A stretch of 64,000 bases of DNA from Auanema rhodensis (lineage: Eukaryota > Animalia > Nematoda). A program made the position numbers and the translations under genes. Shown in pieces: positions 12,338-34,352 of this stretch (position 1 is the stretch's first letter; each line of letters opens with the position of its first letter). The stretch lies in contig OZ059898.1 in the NCBI GenBank assembly GCA_964057225.1, positions 6,882,001 through 6,946,000 on the forward strand, written 5' to 3'. The notes under the pieces were generated by a model. The model worked only from the letters and a program-made list of their open reading frames with translations. It was not told where the DNA came from and searched no databases.

Positions 12338-13612
12338 GATAGTCTTTATTCATAGATCTTATATTTAAATATGGATACGAAAAAATTTAGTAAAAATAGT
12401 TAAACATTGAAAATGAAGAATATCAAACAAGAAATATATGAAATGAAAAGATAACATGCTTTATGATATCATCAAACTGTACAAATGTCATAGAATAATC
12501 TTTAACACATAACTCTATAATCCGTTATATTTCACAGTACTTATCTTTTTTTCTGATTCTCATAATCTTCAATTTTTAGATTAAATTCAGAATGTACTGA
12601 TTATCACTAGTGTTTTCTAACTCTTTCTCATCTCTTCCTTGTGTTTGTATATAGTATTTAACACATTCATTGTATGGGATGACTATTTTAACTTTTATTT
12701 TAAACATATTAATCATTAAAAATTAAAAATGTCAAGGTAATATAATTAGAACCCTAAGTACTTTATTCAAGTCATCTGAATTAAATTATTATAAATAATT
12801 TAGTTTTCAAGCAATGTTACGTTAACGATCAAAGGATGTTCGGCTCTAGTGCATTTGTTGCCACCCCTTCTCATTTGCAATTGAAATGCAAATTTCTTAG
12901 CAGTGCATTAAATGAAACAGATACCGAAATAACTCAGGGTATGTTATATTAAGTACATACAGTTTTGTGAAGCCCAGGTTATAGTTTTGAACTTAGACTT
13001 AGGCTTATTATTGCCGAGGATAGAATAAAATAAAAAACCATTAGTTTTCAATTAATTTATTTAGCAAATGATTTCTGATAATATGCTATATCATTTAAAA
13101 TAAAAATGTTTTATTCTCTAAATCTTTTTCTATTCATAAATTTACATAGATACAAATCAATCATTACTTCATGATCTCCCCATATGCGTTTGAACTTCAT
13201 CTTTGCTACATTCTACATTGATTTTACCTTGTTGGTACATGCACCAGAAATAGCATCCACGAAGTTTTTTTTATGATTGACGCTGTATCTTGCTGATGCC
13301 AGGTAATTTGAAAAATGAAAGTAAAGTTGAATTTAAATTTTTGATTCATTTAAATAATAAAAAATAATTATAAAAAAATAATAATATTGAAACGTTTATT
13401 TAAATTAAAGCGGTATACTATGCTTGAATAAATAAATAAATAAATAAATATATGTATATATGTTATAAAGAACATTCAAAGTTCTTTTCATATTCTATTA
13501 CTATTATTTTTGAAAAGACATGCTTTTTCTATTAATAATGAAGAGAAGTAGATAAGTAAAACATTCAAACCATTGAAACCTACATATTTACAAATTACCT
13601 ACTACAACCTAA

Positions 13613-22390
<8,778 letters not shown>

Positions 22391-22785
22391 TTTTATTTGC
22401 TCACGTTAATGTTATGCCCATAACATGAAATTCTGGAAACTTTAATTTGTATATTTGAGTTTGCTGTTAAATTTGTTAAATATCATGAGTGGAGATAAAC
22501 CTCTATTTATGAAAAGAATGCAAGATATAAGAAATCATTTTTTTATTCAACAATATTCACAGAGCAATTATTCCCCGAGAAAACACAATAAAACACTTCT
22601 TTCAGTAGATCATGAATGAAGAAATCCAAATTACTGAGAGTTGAAATTTAGGTGTGCTAACTCACAATATCAAGAAAACATCTTTAAGCATCTCGATAAG
22701 CCAACAAAATTAACAGTGTGAGTTTCAACAACATTAATGAAGGCAAAATTTACAAAAAAACAGACAAATAAAGAAAACAAGTGCA

Positions 22786-23939
22786 TTAGTACAACAAATC
22801 CATGTTACTGTTTCTAGGTTTCTTGATTTTCTCGAGATTTTTAGTAATAACATCGTGCAATGTTGAGTAATGATTACGCATTTCAAGTAAAACCAATCTG
22901 AATTGTAATATAAACAAATGGAATAAATCATAACAAAACAAACCTGATGTTGATGAACTGTTTCTCATCAATATCTAAAATGCTCCTACGATAATCATCA
23001 ACATGTGGATATTTCGCAACCTAAAACAAGAAAAACAATGTTAACTCATAAGAAATTCTAAAAACCTTGGTAACAAGTTTGCCTCTACTGGTGAAATACC
23101 TGCTCATTTGGTCTAAGAATGAAGCAGCTTCACTCTCAACATTTCTGACCTAGAAAAAAAAAAGATTTAAGAAATAATAGTTGACTACTTACTTCTCCAA
23201 GAGTTTCTTCCTGGATAGATACTCCGAAGTTGTTACCATCTTCAATGCGAGGAATAAGGAAAGTGATCCACATTTTAACCTTTGAGATCAAATAAGAAAA
23301 GTAAGACAAAATTAAATACCTTGTTTACACTCTCCACTGCATCTTTCAAAAGAGGACGAACCTGTTCCATGAGATCAATGAGTTTATCGTTACATGGTAC
23401 AGTTCCTCGAATAAAGCCATATACTGGAGCACCTGACAATATACGACATATATTTTTTAAAACAAAATAATAAAAAAATGTAGTAAACGAAAACTATGAA
23501 TGACCTACCCATTTCATTAACTTCTTTCTCTTCCAACTTCCTTTTCTTAGCACTTGGCATTTCCCCGGTATTCTTTAATAAAGTTGATTAATCAAATTTT
23601 TTTGTTTTTCCTTACTTCTTTTGAAGGTACTTCAGGAACAGGAATATTGAGATCATCAGATGGGAGAATTTCGGGAAGTCTTTCAAAAGAGAAGCGATGA
23701 CTCTAAAAAATCAAAGAAATTTTCCTGAAGTTCGAAAAAATTAACTTACCAGAAGCATAGCATTAAATTCGATTACTCTTTTTGGAAACTCGTCCATAAC
23801 CAGACGCTCAGCTTCTTCATATAATTTTTTTTTGTATTCATTCAGCTACGATAAGATAGATAAATAAATATTAATATAAGAAAAAACTTACTTCTTTTTT
23901 GTGATCAACAACAGCTTCAGCTGATTTTCCTTTCGTCAT
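22786..23939 (-). CDS. psme-3: Proteasome activator PA28gamma/PSME3
   Basis: Activation-loop motif WITFLIPRIEDGNNFGVSIQEE; C-terminus LHDVITKNLEKIKKPRNSNMDLLY*. ATG directly follows a CTATAG acceptor. Confidence 0.93.
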
Positions 23940-24224
23940 CTATAGATTGGAAATAGAAATAAAACAAAAAATAAAAAGGAGTACAATACTAATGAGATTA
24001 AAACTCAAATTGTAAGAAAGAAAATAAAGAAAAAATTATATTTAATATTTGCATAGCACCCCGATGACCAGTATCAAAAAATTAATATACATATATACAC
24101 TATAAAGATGCAATTGAAACTAAAATTTTATAAGTTTAAATGATCCCATCAAGTATTTTTGGAACATTAAACGTACTGTTGTTGGTAAATAGGAAGTTGT
24201 ATAAATACATCCGTTGATAATTCT

Positions 24225-25088
24225 TCAAGATACTTCTTTATACATATCAATAATTGTTTCATGACAGGTTCTTAGGTTCATATCACATGTACCTATTGCA
24301 TATCGACCTGGATTCTTAAAATAATCTAATCCTCTTCCAATTTTAACTACCCAACCGTTATTGAACCTAAAAAAAAACGTTAAAATTTCAAAAACAAAAA
24401 CAATAAAACCTGATTTCACGATCATGAAGATTTGGTACATAAGATACTCTTAGAATTATATCCCTTTTCTTTAAACTAGATTCTAATTCACTAAAAGCTT
24501 CCTTGTTCGATTCACAATCTTTTGCAGTACACAGGCATATAATTCGCAAATTTTTTGCCTTAGCGACTACCAACTCACAAAATCTAACAAAATTCAAAAT
24601 CTAAAGTAAAATATTGAAAACTGAGAATCAAAAAATAAAATAACTTGATGATGAGCTTTAATATAAGCATCTTGAACAGTAACTGCAGTTAACTTTTCGT
24701 CTAAACATCTAGAAAATACTTTGTCATATCCATGCCCAGTTGAATCCCCTGCAATTTTACGTTGTTCCAAAAATCGCGTCTTAAAACACTGCGTAAAAAA
24801 CAAAAGTGATATATTTGTATTAACCTCTACTTTAACTTTTTTCCTAAGTTCTTCAGCTCGAGTCATATAGCTATCTACCCTACTTTGAATAGTTGATTTG
24901 GTTTCACCAGGTTGCAGAGTTCTTAAAAAAAACGTATTGCTCGAACAAAATAATAAAACATACTTTTGATATTCCCATAATAATTCAATGCCTTCCAGAT
25001 ATTTGACCCAAGCATCATTCGGTTTATTTTCACGATCTAATGTCGTTGCTTGCGACAGAACTAATTTTGCTTTATCCAAACTAGTCAT
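24225..25088 (-). CDS. MIT domain-containing protein 1 (MITD1; MIT + PLD-like domain)
   Basis: MIT domain ([33 protein letters not shown]); [13 protein letters not shown]; [24 protein letters not shown]. Confidence 0.92.
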
Positions 25089-25437
25089 AATCTACGAAAA
25101 GTATATATTATACTATCGAGATAGGTCAGTCATAACTATAAAGAAATTGGTGGTATATTTATTATTTAGGAAAAATAAAACAATACAATAATGAAATAAA
25201 CTTTATGCATCTAGTAATCAATTAATATAGCTCCGTAGTTTTTCGTGATGATTAGTCAACGTAAATCTACGTATAAATTCGAAATAAAGCGGTAGCCGCT
25301 AGTGTACAATCTATTTAGCGATACGTATATATTCGAACAAAGATCATTGAAGGTTTCAGTTTTATATATATGTTAAGTACAAATAAATTCGAAACATAGA
25401 CCCATAGATACTGTAAAACTTATCGCATACATATTGC

Positions 25438-27178
25438 TTAATGCATAGCTATACGGCTGCAATCTTTAAACATAACCACAGGACTAGGTGTTAAAGAAGC
25501 TTTTGTGGATTCTATGATAGAATTTTGTAAGTTTTTATCTTCGATTTTACAGAATAATGACATTAACCATTTACGATAGGGTTGAATAAAGTAAAAACTG
25601 AGAAAAGCATCAGCTAACGAAGGTAGACAATTCACAGCGTTGATTATATATTGATATACCAATGGACTGCGCTTGGTAATCTGAAACGAAATAATTTCGT
25701 AATTCATAGAATATGACATGAAATCTAAGTAAAATGCAAGTATCGTATGCGAATTGAAAATAAAATAGCATTTAGCAAAAAATACTAAATATTAATTTGA
25801 ATATCTGCTATATCTAGAATATTCTAAATACCAACTAACCTGATTAGTGGCATACATCGTCATAGTAGGAGCAAAGCAAAGTAATGGCAAAAGAGCTTGT
25901 AATGTTAGTGACTGAATTTAAAAAATCGATGTTTAGATATAAATTAAATTAAGAATAAAAGTATAAAAACTGACCACCATCAATGTTCTTGTTGATTTCC
26001 GAGTTTTTTCTGAGAAAGATGATTTTTTCTCATTTAATATGATGTTAATCTAAAAAAATATGAGATTTAGGCTTTAATTACAATCTGTTTCTTAAATACT
26101 AAAATCATATCATAAGTATATATAGAAATATATTACCTTGTATCTCCAAAAGAATATAAGTACAGGTAAACTAAGACCAGTTATGAATAAAACACCAGTG
26201 TTGAATAAAAATGATATGTGACTTGTATTCTAAAAGTAAGTATTTAGAAGTTTTATTTAGTGAAGTTTTTTTGAATCTAACTTCAAATCCAGATATGGTT
26301 CTGAAATATTCCCAGTTGTAGGTTGGATATTCTTTTTTTATCCTTTCCGAGACTATATTAAAATCATGTTTAGTCGCATGAGCAGATATCTATATTAAAT
26401 TAATTATAAATAGCAAAGTATAAATTAAAAATTGAATAGATTAGAATGATTAACTCTTGTAAATTCGATCATGAAGATTCAAAATAATATAACTTTTAAC
26501 AAAAAGGAATTGAACCAAAAATTTTTTATAATTATGATGATAGTATTTAATTTAATTTCATAGAACATAATTTAAATACAATTATTAAGTATATGACATA
26601 ATAAAAGATAGCAAATATTAAATAATATTCATTTAATGAAGAGTTAACTTACTAAATTTAATGTAGCTGGTAGATGACTCAGTAGAATTAATGCAACAAG
26701 AGAACTCTTGGTCATGCTGTTACTGGCCATTTGACGATATCGAAAATACATTGAAGCTGCTATAGACCAGCATGATGACACACAAGCACAGTTTCCCAAT
26801 TGATAAACAAGAAGACATAATGAAGGAGAATTTAAGGTATTACAAATTCCCATAGATACTAATCCTAACATATTACTTGATGTGATTTGTCTGAAATTAT
26901 ATTGAATATTAGAAGATACAGAAGAAGACAATATAGGAGTTGAGCAGGAGTCAAAATAAAACAAACCGAGGGCCAAGAAACGAAGCAACATATGCTTGTG
27001 TCAAGTTACATATACTTGAATTAACCAGAAAATATTTAAATCCTTCAAAATGTCTTGGGCTATGTTTAATAATTGCATATAGCAAAAAACCATTCATTAT
27101 TGATGATACAATCAAAAATAAATAATAGTATGTTGTGAATATCATAGTTAGTATTCGTTCATCATCGTTTATCCACAT
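25438..27178 (-). CDS. Serpentine chemoreceptor, Srd/Str superfamily GPCR
   Basis: TM1 NGFLLYAIIKHSP; YFRYRQM after TM3; SLTLQALLPLLCFAP; TM7 FYFIQPYRKWL, typical of the Srd class. Confidence 0.85.
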
Positions 27179-30147
27179 TGTTTTATAAATCTAAAATAAT
27201 TATTTATATTTTGATATTTAGTGTGAAAATAGATTGGACAGTAAAGAAATTATTTTTGAGGAAAAGAAGACTGAAAGAGATTAGAGTATGACAGATGAGA
27301 ACTAATTAAACTTTTCAAATAGTATATTAAGAAGCTTAAAATAATAGAGGTCATTTTAAACATAAGTATAATATATAAGGAAATATTTAAAGTAATATAT
27401 AACGAAATAGAAAGAATAAAAATAAATATATATATAGCTCAATATCATCTTTGATTTAAATTTTTTCCTCTTTTTCATTTTTAAAATCTTCTTTCATATT
27501 CATAAGTTTGTTTAGAAACTATTTTTTTTTGAATTCCAATTGAGCAAAAATATATAATGAAGCAACTGAAATAGCTTGAGGTCACATGTATTGGTTGATC
27601 GTTGATTTGGTGTTCTTCTTTTTAAGAAAAGTAAAAATGATTGTAAGAGAGCATATTTCAACTTTCTATTCTTCTTCTATTAGTCTATTTAAAGCAAATA
27701 TAGGAAATCATGGAGTGGGCTATATTAATGGATCATGAATATTAATTGGATCCATGTTCTCTTTAGTTTCATGTGAATGTCCTTTTGTACATATTTGAAA
27801 GTTTTAAAAATAAAGAGATAATAAAGAATAGTTACACATACTTATGTATAAACATCAATTATATATACATATAGTTATATGGTAATTTTGAAAAATTAAT
27901 AAAAGAATCCCAGAATTTGTTCCTCCAAAACGTCCATTTCTAAAATCCTATTTCCTCTTTCTTTGTATGGAAATTGGAAAATTTTAATGTTATACTACTT
28001 CTTCATATACTCATTGGTTCGATTATAAAGGCTTTCAAAGTAAAAATAAATATAGAAAGTTTAGTAAGAAAGCCTAAAATCATATACTATTACTATATTT
28101 TAATTTATTTTATGCATGATAAATCTTAATTAATAAAACTAAAAGTAATATTTTTTTAAAAAATATATAGATAGATATGTCTACATGAACGCTTCTATAG
28201 TTTATTATATTTCTTATAATTACTAAATATTCAATCTGAATATCATTATCTTTATTTACAATGAGCGGAAACAAGTGCCGAACTTCAACCCGAATATTAA
28301 TTCAAAGTTTATTTGTTTTTATAAATTAATCATAAATATATTTTTATAGATAATTATAAATAAAAACAAAATATTAGTTTAAAACAATAAAATTATATTA
28401 AAGCATAGTATATTTGAAATTATACTTCTGTTTTTGAAAATAAAAAAAGTTGTATTAAGTAAAACTTTGATAAAAACATTAAAAAATATATATAATTATT
28501 ATAAATTTAATAATGAAGTTAAAATTATTGATACAGTGTTTTTGAGAATTAAGATTTGAAATCAGTTTTAAGATTAAAAAATCAAAAGTGTCATAAAACT
28601 CAGATCAAATACCTATTAAGGTTTGAAGTAATTTTTTCAATTAAAGTTAGCAGAATAAAAAATTAAATGATCAAATGTGATATTTTTATCATTTTTTCTG
28701 TTTTAACAAATGTTAGTTATAAATATAGTATCCATATTTGTCATTATAAAGTTATAAAGAGCTAAAAAAAAACATTTTTTTTGGAATATCTGCTTTAATT
28801 GATCAGATTAAGTAATTGTTTTGAGTAAATGAAAGTACTATATATAGAATAAATATAAGAAATAAATATATATGTATGTATTCATTGATCAAAGCATAGT
28901 TAATCGAAATGATGGCCGTGTCTATAATTCTGGAAATAAAAACATCTGTTTGTATTTTGAGCTGTTAAGAAATTGGAAGAATAAACTATTGTTTTTGATT
29001 TACTTGTTAAAAAAAAGATTTTTCAATAAAATATTGGAGGAAAGTAAATTATATGTTATAAGATGTATAATATACTTTGAAATCAACACATGTTACTGTT
29101 TAATGTGGTTTAAATTCAAACAAAAGAAAGCAGAAAAGCCTTCATCAATTAAATAATTGAAACAATTTGAATATTGAAGTCTTTGGACTCTTAAAAGACT
29201 TCTTTGACTTTTATTTCATATCATTTGTTTTGTATAAAATTTGTTTTTATTGTTATTTGATTATATAATGTTTCTAAAACATTTGAAATGCTTGTTTCCT
29301 ATATGTTGTTGATGAAATAAACAAATCAAATATTATTTAGGTCGAATAATCATGAAATATCTTGATTTACATTATCAAATTTCTTTTAAACATAGTTATC
29401 GTGTATTCCTATTATTCATGTCTTTGATAATCAGCATTACTCGTCATCTAAAGATAAAATATTTCTTTAATCTCTCGTATTAGTAACTTCTATAGTATCT
29501 ATCTGTCTATACTTACTTTATATGTAAAGCTATCTTAACTAACTAATTCAATTCCTTATGTAACTTGTTTCTATTTCGATACATCTCGATTATATAAGAA
29601 TGAACCAATGATTTAAAGTAACGTCTAAGCCTGTTCTGATATACATTTGTTAGAATCATCCTATATCTCTTCCTTTTTATTTTCATGAAATCATACAATT
29701 ATAGAAATATTTACATAATTTACAAATATTTTAAAAATAAACTTATATTTTAAGTCAATAAGTTTTATATAAATTCAATTAAAACTTTTTTTTGAATAAA
29801 AGAGATTCAATAAAACAATAAAATAAATGTTCGTTAAGAAATCTTAATCAAACATATTGTTTTTCGTTCATTTTCAACAAAATAATGCTAATCTTGAAAT
29901 CATCATAATCAGGATCATTCATTATCTTTTTTATATTTTGAACAACAAAAAAAGCTTGAATGAAGAGATTGTCGTAGTAGTAAGGATGTTCTTGATCTTA
30001 AACAATATTAGTTAGTCAAACTGGAACTAGAACATCTTTTTATTTATTTATCAAATAAACTATACCAGTTCTATATAAGAACAGAAGCTTCATTCATTCT
30101 ATTAGTAACATTTCAATTGCATTGTAGCTAGTGGTAAGATAGTACCG

Positions 30148-30192
30148 TCTTCTTCTTCTTCTTCTTCGTCTTCTTCTTCTTCTTCTTCTTCT
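30148..30192. repeat. (CTT)n / (GAA)n microsatellite
   Basis: About 14 CTT units with one CGT interruption. Confidence 0.95.
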
Positions 30193-30890
30193 AAATTATT
30201 CGAATTATAACGATGGCTTTCATTGAATTTATTTATCTTTTAAAACACTACGAATACTAACAATTCTGAGTTCTTAAGGCGAAAAATCATTGTTCATTCT
30301 CTTGAATGCAACAAAGAACTTGAAATCAAGTTACGCTTTCGTAAACCTTTCTTCGTATAACTGACCTCATGTAGATTCCAAGTTCATATCAAATCCTGAA
30401 ACGAACGGAAAAAACAAATTTTTTTACCTAAATATGTCATATTTAGTGTAGAGATGATGGGATATAATTGAAAACTTTCATTTCTTTGTTTCATATCTCA
30501 CATTTCACGAAAAAATTGTTTTCGTCTTTTAAGTTTTCTTTAAAGTTTTGTATGGTTTTCGTTTTGTTTAAATAATCTTTCTATGTCAGATTACATCATC
30601 ATGTATATACTATATATCAAATATATAGTTAAATGATTATATTATATTTAAAATGTTAAATTTGCTCCTGTTCTATGATCGTAGGGATCTTTATTGTTTA
30701 GAGTGTTGTATATTCGCCGATTTCTCACCTCAGACAGTGTTCCACTTCAATATCCCATTCATGTCGCTTCGGACATTGTTTTATTCTTTTTAATATATAA
30801 AAACTATTCACTATGAAAAGTTGAGAATAATCTTACTTATATTATTTTCTATTTTTTACTACTACTCATCCATTTACTATTCTTACTTCG

Positions 30891-30932
<42 letters not shown>

Positions 30933-30940
30933 CTCTCTCT
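30891..30940. repeat. (CT)n microsatellite
   Basis: Direct observation; lies upstream of the PGAP2-like gene. Confidence 0.95.
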
Positions 30941-31639
30941 TTCTCTTTCTATCTTTCTCCCTCCCTTCGTCTTTTCTTTACCTTTAGGTTCTAAATACAT
31001 TTTACTTCAGGTTGTTCCCGTTTAGGAGAGCAATAGTTAAAAATGATGTCAGATTTCAACGAAGACAGCCTAAGATATATTCTAAAATAAAAGAGAGAAA
31101 TTGAAATAACGAGACGAAATACTATAGGATTTCATTGCATGATAGACAGATGAATTTAAAGATAATTAGGAGATCAGAGAGTTAAAAGAGTTCGAAAGAG
31201 AGAAAGGAAAGAAGAAAATGTCCCGCCGTCTCGTAATTATCGGATAACCGAATTTTGTCAAACGGGAGTATCCTTTTATTATCTCTGATTCTCTCAATTT
31301 AAAATAGTTCTATATTCATTGATTTCAATTTTTTGAATAAAATATCTTTTTTTTCTTGAAAAATACATATATGTGTATAGCATTTTGATAATTATATCGA
31401 TAATAATACAACATTTTCTTTGTTTTTATTGTCTCAGTTTCTTATGTAATCTATACAAATATAATTTATATCAATTGATTGATTATTCATTTTCATTGTT
31501 CGAGATGAAATTGATGAATCAATCTTCTTTCACTTGTCTTCATTTCTTTAGTTCTTACCCTACTAAGTTTTTGATTTAATCATATTTCTAATAGTTTCTT
31601 ATCATTTCATTGGAAATAATGTTCATAATTTTAAGAAAA

Positions 31640-33012
31640 ATGACTTCGGTTCCTTCTACATCATATAGCCTTGAGCCAACAAATCGTAAAGACTCTAAAC
31701 AAAAGTCTGGCGTTAAGGTTTATATACACAGAGCTTGCTTGATACAGCTTACATCCTAATCTTAGACACCTAAAAATGCTGCTGAGAATAGACAGTTGAA
31801 AGACGGCCATATTGAAGATAATAATGAAGATATTGCCTATTTCAACATCAAAATCATTTATCCAGCTCTCTTCTTTACAGTTCTTTCTCTCTGTGCTTTT
31901 GGAGGTAATTTAAAATTATTTTAAAATATTTTGAGTATAACATGAATTAAGGAGCTGTTGGAGGATCTTTATATACTGATTACAAACCTCCTAGATGGCT
32001 ATTGAAGAGGGGTTTTGCTGTCAAATATGGAAGTTCCATGTTCCATTGCAACGTTGGTTTTCATTTTTCCAAAATATGTTTTAATTATTTACAATTTAGT
32101 CAACGATTCCGATAAGAAGAACTGATTTACCTTCAATTTTGAATTTATTTGAAGTAAATGTAATTGGAAATATACTGTTCCGTCTTGCTGTATGTCTTCC
32201 AATGGTTGTACGTATTTTTATAGTTTTTGTCTGGAGGTAAATTTATAAAACAAATGAAATAATTAAGAAAAAACGTTATATTGTTTAGGAAAATCTTATA
32301 TACAGAGTATGGAGATAACTTGAACTTTCTATATAGATCATGTAATGATTTGGTTCCTATCTTAACAGCTGTCGAAGTTGTATCATTAGCTTTATTCAGT
32401 ATAATCACATTACATATGGATTTTCCACGTAAGTTAACTATACATGTATAGTTAATATAAATATATTATTTTATAGATATTAATAAGATGTGTAAACTTA
32501 TTTTTGTTGTTTCGGCTATATCCAATATATTTTTAACAACAACTATAAGCTTTTCACATGGTAGAACGACAACAAAGGTACAAAAGTTTATTATAAAATA
32601 TTAAAAAAATAATATTTTAAGAGAATTGAATCATTTTCAATTTTAATGAAATTAATTTGTTGTGCTACGTTCTGTTTTACTGCTCCTCAATACTTCCAAC
32701 AATATCTAGGAAATATGGTTTTCCCATTATGTCATTCATATGGTATTCTTAAATTTTTCTTTTAATTCAATCAAAACAAAATATTTTATAGTTCCTCAAG
32801 GTACTGCTATAATAGAATATATTATGATTATATCATATGGATTATTTCATTTAACTTCTATTATTGATATTCGGGATGTCACATTCATGTGTTATCCACG
32901 TACATGTAGTGGAGAATGTGAGCCAATTGATCCAAAGAATTTCGAAAAAGGTGGAAAATATGAACATTGTCGAGCATACGAATATAATCAACGACGTATT
33001 TTAAATCTTTAA
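31640..33012 (+). CDS. Frag1/DRAM/Sfk1 (PGAP2-like) multi-pass membrane protein
   Basis: MTSVPSTS...IIYPALFFTVLSLCAFG...SMFHCNSTIPIRRTDLPSILNLFE...AIIEYIMIISYGLFHLTSIIDIRD...RRILNL*. The HC..LPSI and EY......FH.T...D motifs resemble the PGAP2 family. Confidence 0.7.
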
Positions 33013-34352
33013 TAATTGTTGATTTAAATTTATTTTTCATTATATATACATACATAAACTTTGAAATTTTAATTCAACTCGTATTCAATGTATAATGCTA
33101 GTTCTATGAAAAAAAATACATGATTACATGTATTTTAAAATATTTATTCGAATTCGGGTATAAGACTTTTTGAAATTTAATTTTATATATATACATATTA
33201 TATAATAATTGTAGTAATAGTCTTATTATTTTTTATTTTCATTTATTGATCAACATACTTTCTTGAATATTTTATAACTATTATAGCTTCAATGACATAT
33301 GTATATGTGAAGTTTTATGTTTAATCATTACTTTTACTTAATTTTATAAATATTGGAATAGTATAAAAAATATTTTTTTTTTTGCAATTTGATTTAAAAT
33401 TGTTAAAGGTTCCTGACAGTTCATACTAGAGCACCTGAATAGCCATCATATATGGTATGTAAATGAACCACATGAAATAGTATATACTATATATACTTTA
33501 AAACATTAAATTATGTATCATTATATTGTTTATATTTCAAAATATATTTAAAAAATTAAACAATTAAGAAATATTCATGTAAAATTGAAAGATGAGATAT
33601 TTAAATTTAAATATTATGGGTGAGTAATACTTCAGATTTTTCCTGATGAATGTCAATATCCAATTGAAAATTTACGGAGAAAATAAGATAAAATAGGATA
33701 CCCTTTTACAAAGTGAATTAACAGATGTAAAACATCAAATTAACATTATTTTTTCTAATTAACAAAAATTAGAAACAGCTAGACTCGAGAGTGATTAGTT
33801 GTTAAACATGTGAATAGAAAAACAGAGAACATGTACTTTGCTACATTGCTTTCACATATATTTCTTTATAAAGATATAAAGACTAATTAAAGACTATTTG
33901 ATGAACGGAACCATAAAGAAGAAACAATAAATGAAATCCCAGATCAAACGAGAAGGATCTACATTCAAGATTGTCTGCGATTATTTGAAAGCATTCACGG
34001 ACATTGGTCGATTCAAAAATGAAATCAAAGGAAAATATATTTTGATTATGTTTCATTTAATAATAATATTAAATTAATTAATGTTTAATATTATTATTAT
34101 GCTATATAATAATAAAAAAATATTATTATTATAATTTAGAATAAAATTATTAGAAGCTTTAAATATTAATGTTGAATTATAAAGATGTATTCTATTAAAT
34201 AACAAGATATAAACATTTTTTTAAAAAAATTGTTTGTTTATAATTTCAGTAAAATATAATATAATAAAGCTTAACAGAAGCTCTTTTTGAGAAATATGAG
34301 AATTAAGAAATCAATTGTAAAACAACATATTCAAATTATAATAATATTTATG

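Noticed and set aside
13298-13309. Minus-strand AAATTACCTGGC resembling the U1 snRNA 5' end
   Set aside because: No U1 stem-loops or Sm site follow; it is simply the antisense of a CAG|GTAAT donor-like sequence.
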